Below are positions 43,777 through 52,364 of a stretch of DNA of 64,000 bases, piece after piece. How positions within the stretch are numbered: position 1 is the stretch's first letter; each line of letters begins with the position of its first letter. Under the pieces are notes generated by a model, which was given only the letters and a program-made list of their open reading frames with translations, made no database searches and was not told the DNA's origin. The DNA is taken from contig OZ241863.1 of assembly GCA_965203055.1 (NCBI GenBank), positions 3,456,001 to 3,520,000 on the forward strand. The letters are read 5' to 3'. The position numbers and the translations under genes were made by a program. The DNA comes from Spirochaetia bacterium (lineage in GTDB: Bacteria; Spirochaetota; Spirochaetia; SZUA-6; Bin103).

Positions 43777-44840
43777 GTGCCGGTGCGCTCCATGCGCCGG
43801 CGGCGCTCGGCGAGTTGCCGCTGCAGCAGTTCCGGCATGTCGGCATAGACGTAGCGGAAGGTGTCCTCCAGGGAGGGGCGTTCGAATTGTTCCACGGCGT
43901 CGAATTCGCTGCGCGCCCGCGCCCGCGCCGCGCTGATCACGCTCTGAAACTGCGCTTCGTCCATCAGCCCCTTGCGCTGCAACAGCTTCTGCAAGCGTAC
44001 GACCGGGTCGCGGTTCTTCCACGTGGCGGCCTCGTCGGCGCTGCGGTAGCGGTGCGGGTCGTCCGAGGTGGTGTGCGGCCCGATGCGGTAGGTAACCCCC
44101 TCGATCAGCGTGGGGCCGCCGCCGGCGCGCGCCTTGGCGGCGGCCGCGGCGGTGGCGGCGTAGACCGCGGTCACGTCGTTGCCGTCCACCTGGATGCCCT
44201 CGAAGCCGTAGGCAGCCGCCTTCTGGGCGATGGAGGCGCTGGCGGTCTGCTGGTCGCGGTGCACCGAGATGGCGTACTGGTTGTTCTGGACGAAGAAGAT
44301 GGTGCCCACCTGCCACACGCCGGCGAAATTCAAGGCTTCGTGGAAGTCGCCTTCCGAGGTGCCGCCCTCGCCGACGAACGCGATGGCGATGCGGTCGCTG
44401 CCCTGATAGCGCTCGGCGAACGCCAGTCCGACCGCATGGGGGAGCTGCGACCCGATCGGCAGCACGATCGGGGTGAGGTGATACAACTCGCGTTCGTAGG
44501 CGCTGCCCTGTTCGTTGCCCAACCAGTAGAGGTAGAACTGCTTCAGCGGCACGCCGCGTACCAGCAGGCCGCCCAGCTCGCGGTAGGTCGGCACCAGCCA
44601 GTCATCCTCGCGCAACGCCATCATGGCGCCCACGCTGTTGGCCTCCTGGCCGGTGGCCGGGGGATAGGTTCCGAGACGTCCCTGCCGGTTGAGGCTGAAC
44701 GCCCACTCATCCGCGGCGCGGGCGTTGACCATGTAATGGTACGCCGCCTTGAGCTGCTCGCCGCTCATCTCGTAGCGCGCGTACTCGGCCACCGGGGTGA
44801 CGGCGCCGTCGGGGGCCAGCAATTGCAGCAACTCGCTCAC
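43773..44840 (-). CDS. pdhA: 2-oxoacid (pyruvate/branched-chain) dehydrogenase E1 alpha subunit
   Basis: RQGRLGTY, GQEA, PTYRE, TPP motif GEGGTSEGDF...NN, YRIGPHTTSDDP. GTG 44840 with AAGGAG RBS. Substrate specificity is not determinable. Confidence 0.88.
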   Translation of the reverse strand: MSELLQLLAPDGAVTPVAEYARYEMSGEQLKAAYHYMVNARAADEWAFSLNRQGRLGTYPPATGQEANSVGAMMALREDDWLVPTYRELGGLLVRGVPLKQFYLYWLGNEQGSAYERELYHLTPIVLPIGSQLPHAVGLAFAERYQGSDRIAIAFVGEGGTSEGDFHEALNFAGVWQVGTIFFVQNNQYAISVHRDQQTASASIAQKAAAYGFEGIQVDGNDVTAVYAATAAAAAKARAGGGPTLIEGVTYRIGPHTTSDDPHRYRSADEAATWKNRDPVVRLQKLLQRKGLMDEAQFQSVISAARARARSEFDAVEQFERPSLEDTFRYVYADMPELLQRQLAERRRRMERTGT

Positions 44841-44965
44841 CGCCGCTCCTTCAGGCCGCACCGCGGGCCGCCGCCGCGGCGCGCTGCATCTTGCGGCCGA
44901 CGCGGGCGATCGACTCCATGGAGGCGAGGTTGGCGGGCAGCCGGCACGTTCGAGGGTACTGCACC

Positions 44966-44994
44966 TTTACAAAACCTATGTCATTCGCTAGCAT
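44966..44994 (+). promoter_or_regulatory. tRNA-Cys promoter
   Basis: TTTACA-17nt-TAGCAT, 12 nt upstream of the tRNA. Confidence 0.65.
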
Positions 44995-45006
44995 GTGGGC
45001 AACCGT

Positions 45007-45078
45007 GGCGCCGTACCCAAGTGGTAAGGGAGAGGTCTGCAAAACCTTTATACACCGGTTCGATTCCGGTCGGCGCCT
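45007..45078 (+). tRNA. tRNA-Cys (GCA); CCA not encoded
   Basis: GGCGCCGTACCCAAGTGGTAAGGGAGAGGTCTGCAAAACCTTTATACACCGGTTCGATTCCGGTCGGCGCCT; U73 discriminator. Confidence 0.97.
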
Positions 45079-45117
45079 TTCCGCAACAGGCCGCAGCAGC
45101 AGCCCGGGCGCAAGCGC

Positions 45118-45600
45118 TCACCGTGCGCCATCGACCGCGGACCGTTCCGCGCAGTCGCCGTCCGGTGGAGACGGGGCGCCCGGCGGCTGACCTTCGATAC
45201 ACGCCGGGGAGGGAGATTCCGGCCCGGCGCGGACCACCGGCAGGTAGTCTCGATTGGCGAACAGAATGCCATTGCTGGGAATGCCGCCGGCCACCACCTG
45301 GACGAACCCCGAGCGCACTTCCCGGGGCACCCGCACGCTGATGCGGCGGTCACTCCATTCCAGATAGGCGCTGCTGCTCGGGGTCACGCCCGCAATCACT
45401 ACCGACCCGCCGCCGCGTTCGCGGCCAAAGTTGCGCCCGGTCAGGATCAGCGGGTACCCGCCGCGCCCGAGGCGCGGATTGGCGCCTTCGATCACCGGAC
45501 GCCGGGCGCGGAAACCGACCAGCAGTACGGCCAGCAACAGGAACAGCGCGACCATGGGCACCAGCGCCCGCGCCGGTGGTGACAGGGATGGAATACGCAC
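45118..45600 (-). CDS. membrane-anchored IPT/TIG domain protein, possibly truncated
   Basis: TM segment then PVIEGANP...LILTGRNFG...EWSDRRISVRVP...SNGILF; low-complexity tail. Confidence 0.6.
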   Translation of the reverse strand: MRIPSLSPPARALVPMVALFLLLAVLLVGFRARRPVIEGANPRLGRGGYPLILTGRNFGRERGGGSVVIAGVTPSSSAYLEWSDRRISVRVPREVRSGFVQVVAGGIPSNGILFANRDYLPVVRAGPESPSPACIEGQPPGAPSPPDGDCAERSAVDGAR

Positions 45601-45640
45601 CGTTGGTCCCGGAATCAGGCGCCGCGGGGCCGCGCTCCGG

Positions 45641-46228
45641 CTAGCGCCCCGAACCCGCCGCTTCCGGCCCGGCCCCGGCAGCCCTGGGGAGCCCCGCCAC
45701 CCTGGCGCCCGGCGCCGGTTGGTAGCGGACGATCTCGACCTCCAGCTTCAGCGTGACCTCGTCGGCCACGCCGCCCGCCACTCCGAGAGGAAAGAACAGC
45801 ACCTTTTCGCCCAACGAAAGGGGTACGCTGCGATAGGTGGCCACGTACCGGGCCGGAGCCTCAGGTCCATCGTCGAGCCAGACCTGACCCTGGGCCAGCA
45901 GCTCGAGCGCGCCGGCGTCGTCCAGGTAGGGCGTGAATATGGCATGGATGCGGAGGTTGCTGCCGGTTACTTCGACGTTGACGGAACGTCCCGGGATGGT
46001 GAGCTCCGACTGCTGGGTATTCCAGGTAGTGAGTCGATCCGGCTGCGTCAGCGACAGTCCGACCTTGATTTCCAGCGGGTCATCCAGCGCCGAGCGCAGG
46101 GCGTCCTCGAGGCTGCTCCGAGGCTGCGATTCGGCGCCGGCGATCCCGGCCGCCACCCAGGTCACCACCGCCAGCGCCGTCACCGGCAGGCGCCGGCGCG
46201 CGGCCGCGGCGGGCGGAAACAGCGTCAT
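45641..46228 (-). CDS. exported hypothetical protein in the ECF operon
   Basis: Signal-like N-terminus; TIPGRSVNVEVTGSNL, LLAQGQVW, LGEKVLFFPLG. ATGA overlap with the anti-sigma stop. Confidence 0.75.
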   Translation of the reverse strand: MTLFPPAAAARRRLPVTALAVVTWVAAGIAGAESQPRSSLEDALRSALDDPLEIKVGLSLTQPDRLTTWNTQQSELTIPGRSVNVEVTGSNLRIHAIFTPYLDDAGALELLAQGQVWLDDGPEAPARYVATYRSVPLSLGEKVLFFPLGVAGGVADEVTLKLEVEIVRYQPAPGARVAGLPRAAGAGPEAAGSGR

Positions 46229-46749
46229 CGCGGCCCGGCGCCTGTGGCCGCCAGTTCCGCCTCGCGCAGAATCGCCGGCTGTCCGAGCTGCAGAAACTGC
46301 GACTCGGCCGGCAACCGGATCACGATTTCCGCCGGCGCCGGCCGCGCCTCCGCGAGGCCGGCGGCACGGTCCACTCCGCCGGCGAGATTGGCCAACTCGC
46401 TGCGCGAGTCGCCGATGCGCGCCCACAGAGCGACGGTGGTAATCAGCAGGGTGACGCCCACCATGGCGGCGACCGCCGCGGGGGCCGAAACCCGCACCCC
46501 GCGGGTCCAGAACGAGGCCTGCCGCCAAGCGGCCTGGCGGGCACGGTCCAGGCGCCGCCATACGCGGTCGGCGGCAGCGGCGACGTCCGGCTCGCCGCTC
46601 TCCAGCAAGGCGTGACTGACCCGCTGGTAGGCGCGCAGGCGCCGGCGGCAGGCGCGGCACTGCGCGACGTGGGCCTCGATTCGCTGCGCCCCGCGCGCAT
46701 CCACCTCGTGGTCGACGTAGGGGGACAGCAGGGCTCGTTCAGGGCACAT
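46225..46749 (-). CDS. zf-HC2 (ZAS) transmembrane anti-sigma factor
   Basis: MCP..LLSPYVDHE...HVAQCRAC (HxxxCxxC), then one TM segment. Confidence 0.88.
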   Translation of the reverse strand: MCPERALLSPYVDHEVDARGAQRIEAHVAQCRACRRRLRAYQRVSHALLESGEPDVAAAADRVWRRLDRARQAAWRQASFWTRGVRVSAPAAVAAMVGVTLLITTVALWARIGDSRSELANLAGGVDRAAGLAEARPAPAEIVIRLPAESQFLQLGQPAILREAELAATGAGPR

Positions 46750-47251
46750 GGCGAACTCCGGCGGCAAGCCGCCGGGCGAGTTGTTGGCGGGCGCGGTGCA
46801 GCCGGACCTTGACGTTGCCTTCGCTGATCCCGAGCACCGCGCTTATTTCGCGGTAGCTCATGCCGGCGTACTCGCGCAGCACCAGTGCGGTGCGCATGTT
46901 GTGCGGTAGTGCGTTCAATGCCTCCTGGACGGCGTCGCGGGTAGCCTCCGCCAGCAGCGCGGCATCGGCCGGCGCGGCGTACGTGTCGCTGGCGTCTTCA
47001 AGCCGGCGTACCGCGCGGCGTTCCCGTTCGCGGCGCTTCTCATGGTTGAGCGACAGGTTGCGGACCACCCGCAGCAGCCAATACCTGGTCTGGTCGATAT
47101 CGGGCAGCGGCGACTCCCTGCCTATCAGCCGCAGAAACGCCTCATGGGTGAGATCTTCGGCCAAGCCGCGTTCTCCGGCGATCCGAAACGCTACGCGGAA
47201 CACCGTCGGGAACAGCTCATGATAGATACGATCGAAATCGTTCTCCTTCAT
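46739..47251 (-). CDS. ECF RNA polymerase sigma factor
   Basis: AEDLTHEAF, WLLRVVRN, LVLREYAGMSYREISAVLGISEGNVKVRLHRAR. Confidence 0.93.
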   Translation of the reverse strand: MKENDFDRIYHELFPTVFRVAFRIAGERGLAEDLTHEAFLRLIGRESPLPDIDQTRYWLLRVVRNLSLNHEKRRERERRAVRRLEDASDTYAAPADAALLAEATRDAVQEALNALPHNMRTALVLREYAGMSYREISAVLGISEGNVKVRLHRARQQLARRLAAGVRHVP

Positions 47252-47344
47252 CCCGTTCCCACCCGGCTGCGACGTTCGTCCCTGGCTAGAAAGCAACCCT
47301 GGCGCCCGGAGGTTACAACCCGGTCCCCCATAATATCGGCGGGA

Positions 47345-48808
47345 TCACTGCGCCGCGGTACGGCGCCACACCGTGCCGGTCGGGGTATCGCGCAGCTCGA
47401 TGCCGCGCTGCGCCAGTTGCGCGCGGATCTCGTCGGCGCGCCGGTAGTCGCGGCGCCGGCGGGCCGCCTCCCGCTCGCGCACCAGCGCGTCGACCGCGGG
47501 GTCGGCCGCCTCCGCGGCGTCCGCCGCGGGCGCGGTTTCCAGCAGCCGCAGTCCGAGGATGCGATCGATCGCCGCGGCCGCCCGCAACGACTGGTGCGGA
47601 TCGCCGGCGTCATCCTTGGCCAACCGCCACAGGCCGGCCAGCAGGCGCGGCAGCGCGAGATCGTTGGCCGCATGGGCCAGCGCCTCCCGCACCGCCGGGT
47701 GGCCGCGGTCGGCGGGGGCCAGCGCGCGCGGGTCGCCGCAGGCGGCGCGCCGCGCGAGCTCCGCGAGGCGGGCGCGCAGCCCCAACCGGGCGGCGCGCGC
47801 GGCCGCGAGCGCGCGCATGGTGAAGTTCTGGTGCGCCCGGTAGTGGGCGCCCAGCGCGAAGAAGCGAAAGTCCAGCGCGTCGTAGCCCTGCTCCTGAAGC
47901 TGGCCGATGGTCACCCAGTTGCCCTTCGACTTGGACATCTTGGCCCCGTTCACCATCAGGAACTCCCCATGACACCAGTAGTTGACCCAACGCTCGGAGG
48001 ACTGCGGATCGATCTCCAACGCGGCCTCCGACTGGGCGATCTCGTTGGTGTGATGAACCGGTATCAGATCGATGCCGCCGCAGTGAATGTCGAAGCGCTC
48101 CTGCAAGTAGCGCATCGCCATGGCGCTGCACTCGATGTGCCACCCCGGGTAGCCGCGCCCCCAGGGCGAGTCCCAGATCATCGCCTGGTTGTCGAACTTC
48201 GAGCGGGTGAACCAGAGGCCGAAGTCCTCGGGGTTGCGCTTCGCCTGATCGACGCTGATCCGCGCCCCGGCGCGCAGCCGCTGGCGGTCGAGGAGCGCCA
48301 ACTCGCCGTAGCGGGCGAAGCGGGCGACGTCGAAGAACACGTTGCCGCCCGCCACGTAGGTGAACCCCCGTTCCTCCAGCCGGCGGATCAACGCGATCAT
48401 GTCGTCAACGTGGTCGGTCGCCTTGGCCACCACGTGGGGACGGAGCAGGTTGAGGGCAGCGGCGTCGGCAAAGAAGCGCTCGGTGTAGAACTCGGCGATT
48501 TCCCACACCGTGGAGCCCTCGCGCCGCGCCCCGGCCACCATCTTGTCCTCGCCCTCGTCGGCGTCGCCGGCAAGGTGTCCGACGTCGGTAATGTTCATCA
48601 TGTGGCGGACGTCGTAACCCAGGGCCGACAAGGTACGGCGCAGCACGTCGACGAAGATGAAGGTCCGGAAGTTGCCGATGGTGGCGTAGTCGTACACCGT
48701 CGGACCGCAGGAATAGAGCCGCACGGCGCCCTCGGTTCGGGGCACGAACTCCTGCACCTCGCGCCCCAGAGTATTGAAGATCCGCAATGGAGGAACTGAA
48801 TCGGGCAT
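47345..48808 (-). CDS. cysS: cysteine--tRNA ligase
   Basis: YSCGPTVY, NITDVGH, PWGRGYPGWHIECSAM, GGIDLIPVHHTNEIAQ, KMSKSKGN. Confidence 0.97.
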   Translation of the reverse strand: MPDSVPPLRIFNTLGREVQEFVPRTEGAVRLYSCGPTVYDYATIGNFRTFIFVDVLRRTLSALGYDVRHMMNITDVGHLAGDADEGEDKMVAGARREGSTVWEIAEFYTERFFADAAALNLLRPHVVAKATDHVDDMIALIRRLEERGFTYVAGGNVFFDVARFARYGELALLDRQRLRAGARISVDQAKRNPEDFGLWFTRSKFDNQAMIWDSPWGRGYPGWHIECSAMAMRYLQERFDIHCGGIDLIPVHHTNEIAQSEAALEIDPQSSERWVNYWCHGEFLMVNGAKMSKSKGNWVTIGQLQEQGYDALDFRFFALGAHYRAHQNFTMRALAAARAARLGLRARLAELARRAACGDPRALAPADRGHPAVREALAHAANDLALPRLLAGLWRLAKDDAGDPHQSLRAAAAIDRILGLRLLETAPAADAAEAADPAVDALVREREAARRRRDYRRADEIRAQLAQRGIELRDTPTGTVWRRTAAQ

Positions 48809-48898
48809 ACCGGCCTTTTCGTCCCACACCCTACCCTGCCGCCCGGCGCCAATTCAACGCCGGCTTGCCAGCCCGGCCCGCCCGGGGAACGGCGCCGG

Positions 48899-50245
48899 TC
48901 ACGGCGGAGTGGTAAAGGTGACCGTGACCGCCGGCCCGGCCGGCGGCGCCTTGCCCAGCTTGCGAACCGCTGCATGCAGGGAGAACTTGGGGGTGCGCAG
49001 CCGGATGCCCAGGTCCGCGGCGGCGCTGCCGCCGGCCGCGGTGACGCCGGCTTCGGCGGTAACCGGCGCCGCGGCAACCGCGCCCCGCACCCGTACGCTG
49101 CCGCCGCGCCCGCCCTCGCGCCAGGTCACCTCCAACTCGCCCGGGCGGCCATACAGCCGGGCGCCGGCCGAGCGAACCACTCCGCCGGCCGCCGCCTCCA
49201 GCTTGCCGGTGCCGCTTACGGTCCAGACGCCAAGAGGCACTACCGGCGTCACCGCAACCGAGAGCTTGCGCGCGGCCGAGTCGGCGCCGCCGGGCGGGCG
49301 CAACACCGGCGCCAACTCCTCGCCGCGCGCGGCGAGGCGGTACTTGAGCTTCCACTGGCCCGGTCCGGCGGCGCCGCGGAACTGCAGCGCCCACGCCAGG
49401 GGCGCCGCGCTGGAGGCGCCGGTCAGGCCGCGAAACTCGCGCCCGGCGACCGCCACCATGGCGCGCAGTTCCCCGAACTCCAGGCCGCCGCGGGCCGCCA
49501 GCCGCGCATGCCCGCCGAGCGGCACCCGGGGACCGCCCGACAGGTTGGCGCTGGCCCACAGATCCACGCCGGCGACGGCCAGCGCGACCCGCGCTCCCGC
49601 CAGCGACAGCGCGCCGCCGGGAAACGGCGCCGTAGCGAGCTTCCATCCCGAACGCGGTTGGTACGGCGCATCCGCGCGCAGCGCGGCGTAGGCCTCCATC
49701 CGCAGCGCGGCGTCCGGAGGCAGGGAGGCCACCAAGCCGAACGTCGGCGGCTCGGCGCCGACCCCGGCTCCGGCTCCGGCGGCGGCGAGCCGGCGCCAGC
49801 CGAGGAGCGTCAGTTCCGGTACCGGCGTGAGCTGGACGCCGCGCAGCGAGCCGGGATAGAGGCCGCTCTTCAAGCGCAGCCGGGTAGCTTCGGAAAATAC
49901 CGCGCTGCCGGCGTCATGGCCGAGCGGGTCGGCCAACTCCCGCCACGCTCCGGTGACCGCCACCGGCCCCGCCAGAGCGCCCTGCGCGGCCAACCCCAAC
50001 TCTACCGCCAGCGGGAGGTCGGCGGCATCTCCGGCGGTCACTACCACGACGCCCCGGCCCCAGTCGGCGCGCTGCAGCAGGCGCGTGCGCAACACGGCGC
50101 CGGCGCCGCTGAACTCGGCCCGCGTGGTGACGGCCGGGGCGGCCGCCGGGGCGGCAACGGCAGCGTGCGGCGGCCAGCCCGCAAGCAGCACGGCGAGCGC
50201 GGCGCCGGCGTGCGGCCGGCCGCTCAACCTGATGATAGATAGCAT
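48899..50245 (-). CDS. exported hypothetical protein (possible outer-membrane beta-strand protein)
   Basis: Signal-peptide-like N-terminus and alternating beta-strand patterns; fills the gap before cysS. Confidence 0.55.
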   Translation of the reverse strand: MLSIIRLSGRPHAGAALAVLLAGWPPHAAVAAPAAAPAVTTRAEFSGAGAVLRTRLLQRADWGRGVVVVTAGDAADLPLAVELGLAAQGALAGPVAVTGAWRELADPLGHDAGSAVFSEATRLRLKSGLYPGSLRGVQLTPVPELTLLGWRRLAAAGAGAGVGAEPPTFGLVASLPPDAALRMEAYAALRADAPYQPRSGWKLATAPFPGGALSLAGARVALAVAGVDLWASANLSGGPRVPLGGHARLAARGGLEFGELRAMVAVAGREFRGLTGASSAAPLAWALQFRGAAGPGQWKLKYRLAARGEELAPVLRPPGGADSAARKLSVAVTPVVPLGVWTVSGTGKLEAAAGGVVRSAGARLYGRPGELEVTWREGGRGGSVRVRGAVAAAPVTAEAGVTAAGGSAAADLGIRLRTPKFSLHAAVRKLGKAPPAGPAVTVTFTTPP

Positions 50246-50380
50246 GCCGCCGGAACATGCAAGATCAGTGCCATCCGGCGGCGGCAGGCCCTCGGCAGCA
50301 GCCAACGGCCGGTCCTGTCCTTTACGTTCGTTTACCTTCCCGCTGGCGCCGGCGCGCCGTTCGTGGCACAGTAGGGCGTC

Positions 50381-50932
50381 ATGAGCAGCTTTGCGGAGGG
50401 TCGCCTGGTGGTGGCGCGAGGCGACGTCACCGAGTTCCGCGGCACGCCGCCGTGCGCGGTCGTCAATGCCGCCAACCGCTCGCTGCTGGGCGGCGGGGGA
50501 GTGGACGGCGCGATTCACCGCCGGGGCGGCCCGCGCATCCTGGAGCAGTGCCGGGCGATTCGCCGCACCCGCTACCCGCAGGGATTGCCGACCGGAGCAG
50601 CCGTCATCACCGACGGCGGGCGCCTGCCCGCGGACTACGTGATCCACACCGTGGGACCGGTGTGGCACGGCGGCGACCGCGGCGAGCCCGGGCTGCTGCG
50701 CGCCGCGTACCGCAACAGCCTGCTGCTGGCCGCGGAGCACGAAGTAGCCGAGGTGGCGTTCCCGGCCATCTCCACCGGGGTGTTCGGCTATCCGCCCGCG
50801 CTGGCGGCGCGCGCGGCGCATGGCGCGATCACGGAGTTCCTCGACGCCCACCGCGCGCCGCAACGGGTGCATCTGATCTTCTTCAGCGAAGGCGACGAAC
50901 GCGCCTTCCTGGCGGCGGTCGGGACACCGTAG
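50381..50932 (+). CDS. macro domain O-acetyl-ADP-ribose deacetylase (YmdB-like)
   Basis: GDVT, VNAANRSLLGGGGVDGAIH, VIHTVGP, AFPAISTGVFGYP. Confidence 0.93.
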   Translation: MSSFAEGRLVVARGDVTEFRGTPPCAVVNAANRSLLGGGGVDGAIHRRGGPRILEQCRAIRRTRYPQGLPTGAAVITDGGRLPADYVIHTVGPVWHGGDRGEPGLLRAAYRNSLLLAAEHEVAEVAFPAISTGVFGYPPALAARAAHGAITEFLDAHRAPQRVHLIFFSEGDERAFLAAVGTP

Positions 50933-50948
50933 GAGGAGGCCGGCGGCT

Positions 50949-52364
50949 ATGGAGGATGTCGTTCTCAATGAGCTCAGCCCACGACCGGTAGAGGAGCACG
51001 GCGAGCAACTGCTGGCGTTCCCGGCATCCGAGAAGTTGAGCTCCCTGGCCAAGCGCAGCGCGCTGCAGGAGGCGCGCGGCTGGATGGTGCGCGGCGCCGA
51101 AGTCAGCGACTGGCGCTTCAGCGGCTACCTGCGGCGCGGCGGCGGCCTGCTGGTAGCGGGTCCCGGCGCCGACGGCGAGCTGCTGGCCGCGGCCCTGGAA
51201 CGGCCCGGCCGCGCGGCGCTGGCGGCGCTGGCGCGGGTGGCGGGCGCGCTGCGGCTCCTGCAGCAGGAGCACGGCTTCGACCAGCCGCTGCAGCTCAACG
51301 GCGTGTACCTGCTGGCCGGCGGCGGCGTGCTCATCTTCCCGCCGCCGGTGGTGAGGCAGCTTACCGAGACCCACTCGCCGGCCGCCATGCTGGCCGCCAG
51401 CGGGCGGCTCAATCATCCCGACCTGGCGGCCGCCGAACGGCTCAGCGCAACGCTGGCGATCCTCAGCTACCGCGCGGTCACCGGGGCCTACCCGTTCCCC
51501 GCCGCCGGCGAGGATGACCTGCGCACGCAGATGCGCCGCCTCGAGGTAGTGCCGGCCGGGCTGCGGGCGCCCGGCACCGACCGCGAGCTGGCGGCGCTCA
51601 TCGACCGCGCCCTGCGCCCCGGCCGCCACGAGCAGCGCCCGGGCTTGCAGGAATGGGCTGCGGTCCTGGAGCGGGTCACTCGCGAGCCGGAGCCGGCGCC
51701 GGTGACAGCCGCCGCGGCCGCCGAGCTGCAGGCCAAGGCGCGGGAGCTGCAGGCAAAGTACGAGCTGGCCTTCCGCCGGCGCGTCTTCCTGCAGCGCAAT
51801 CTGCGCACCATCGTCGTGGTCTCGGTAGCGGTGGCGGCGCTGGGCGGAATCCTCGGCTCCATCATCGCCAACCAGTTCCAACCGCGCGCCACCAGGGGGT
51901 TCTCGCCGCGGCAGGTGGTCGAGGTGTTCTACGCCAGCATCGGAGCGCTGGATCACGTCACCATGGAAGACGCGGTAATCGACGGCGCCGGCCAGGGGTT
52001 GATCAACGAAGCCGTCAACCTGTTCGTGATGAGCCGCGTGACCCAGGGTTACGAGGGGCGCAGCAACATCATGAACGCCGCCGAGTGGGTGGCGGCCGGC
52101 AAGCCGGAGCTGCCCGCGGGGGTGGGCGTGTACGGCGCCTCCGAGCTGGAGATCGCGGCCGAGCAGGGAGCGCCGCAGCCGGTGTTTCGCGTGACCTACC
52201 TGATGTGGCGGCCGGGCGGCGAGGATGGCAGCGGGCCGCGCGGGGCGCTGCAGCAAGGGGTGCCGCGCAGCGAGCGCGTGTTTCTGCGCCAGGACCGCGA
52301 CGACTGGGTGATATTCCAGTTTCAGGAGATCGCAGCGCCCGGGACGCCGGCGACCGGTGGCTGA
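50949..52364 (+). CDS. hypothetical membrane protein (degenerate kinase-like N-terminus, single TM, periplasmic C-terminus)
   Basis: AGGAGG RBS; YRAVTGAYPF and LIDRAL...RP resemble a kinase C-lobe without HRD/DFG; TM about aa 287-310; overlaps murD. Confidence 0.7.
   Translation: MEDVVLNELSPRPVEEHGEQLLAFPASEKLSSLAKRSALQEARGWMVRGAEVSDWRFSGYLRRGGGLLVAGPGADGELLAAALERPGRAALAALARVAGALRLLQQEHGFDQPLQLNGVYLLAGGGVLIFPPPVVRQLTETHSPAAMLAASGRLNHPDLAAAERLSATLAILSYRAVTGAYPFPAAGEDDLRTQMRRLEVVPAGLRAPGTDRELAALIDRALRPGRHEQRPGLQEWAAVLERVTREPEPAPVTAAAAAELQAKARELQAKYELAFRRRVFLQRNLRTIVVVSVAVAALGGILGSIIANQFQPRATRGFSPRQVVEVFYASIGALDHVTMEDAVIDGAGQGLINEAVNLFVMSRVTQGYEGRSNIMNAAEWVAAGKPELPAGVGVYGASELEIAAEQGAPQPVFRVTYLMWRPGGEDGSGPRGALQQGVPRSERVFLRQDRDDWVIFQFQEIAAPGTPATGG

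Noticed and set aside
47287..47317. ECF autoregulatory promoter (TGTAACC ... TTTCTA) upstream of the sigma gene
   Set aside because: The -35-like AAC is present but spacing to a credible -10 is off, so it is too weak to call.
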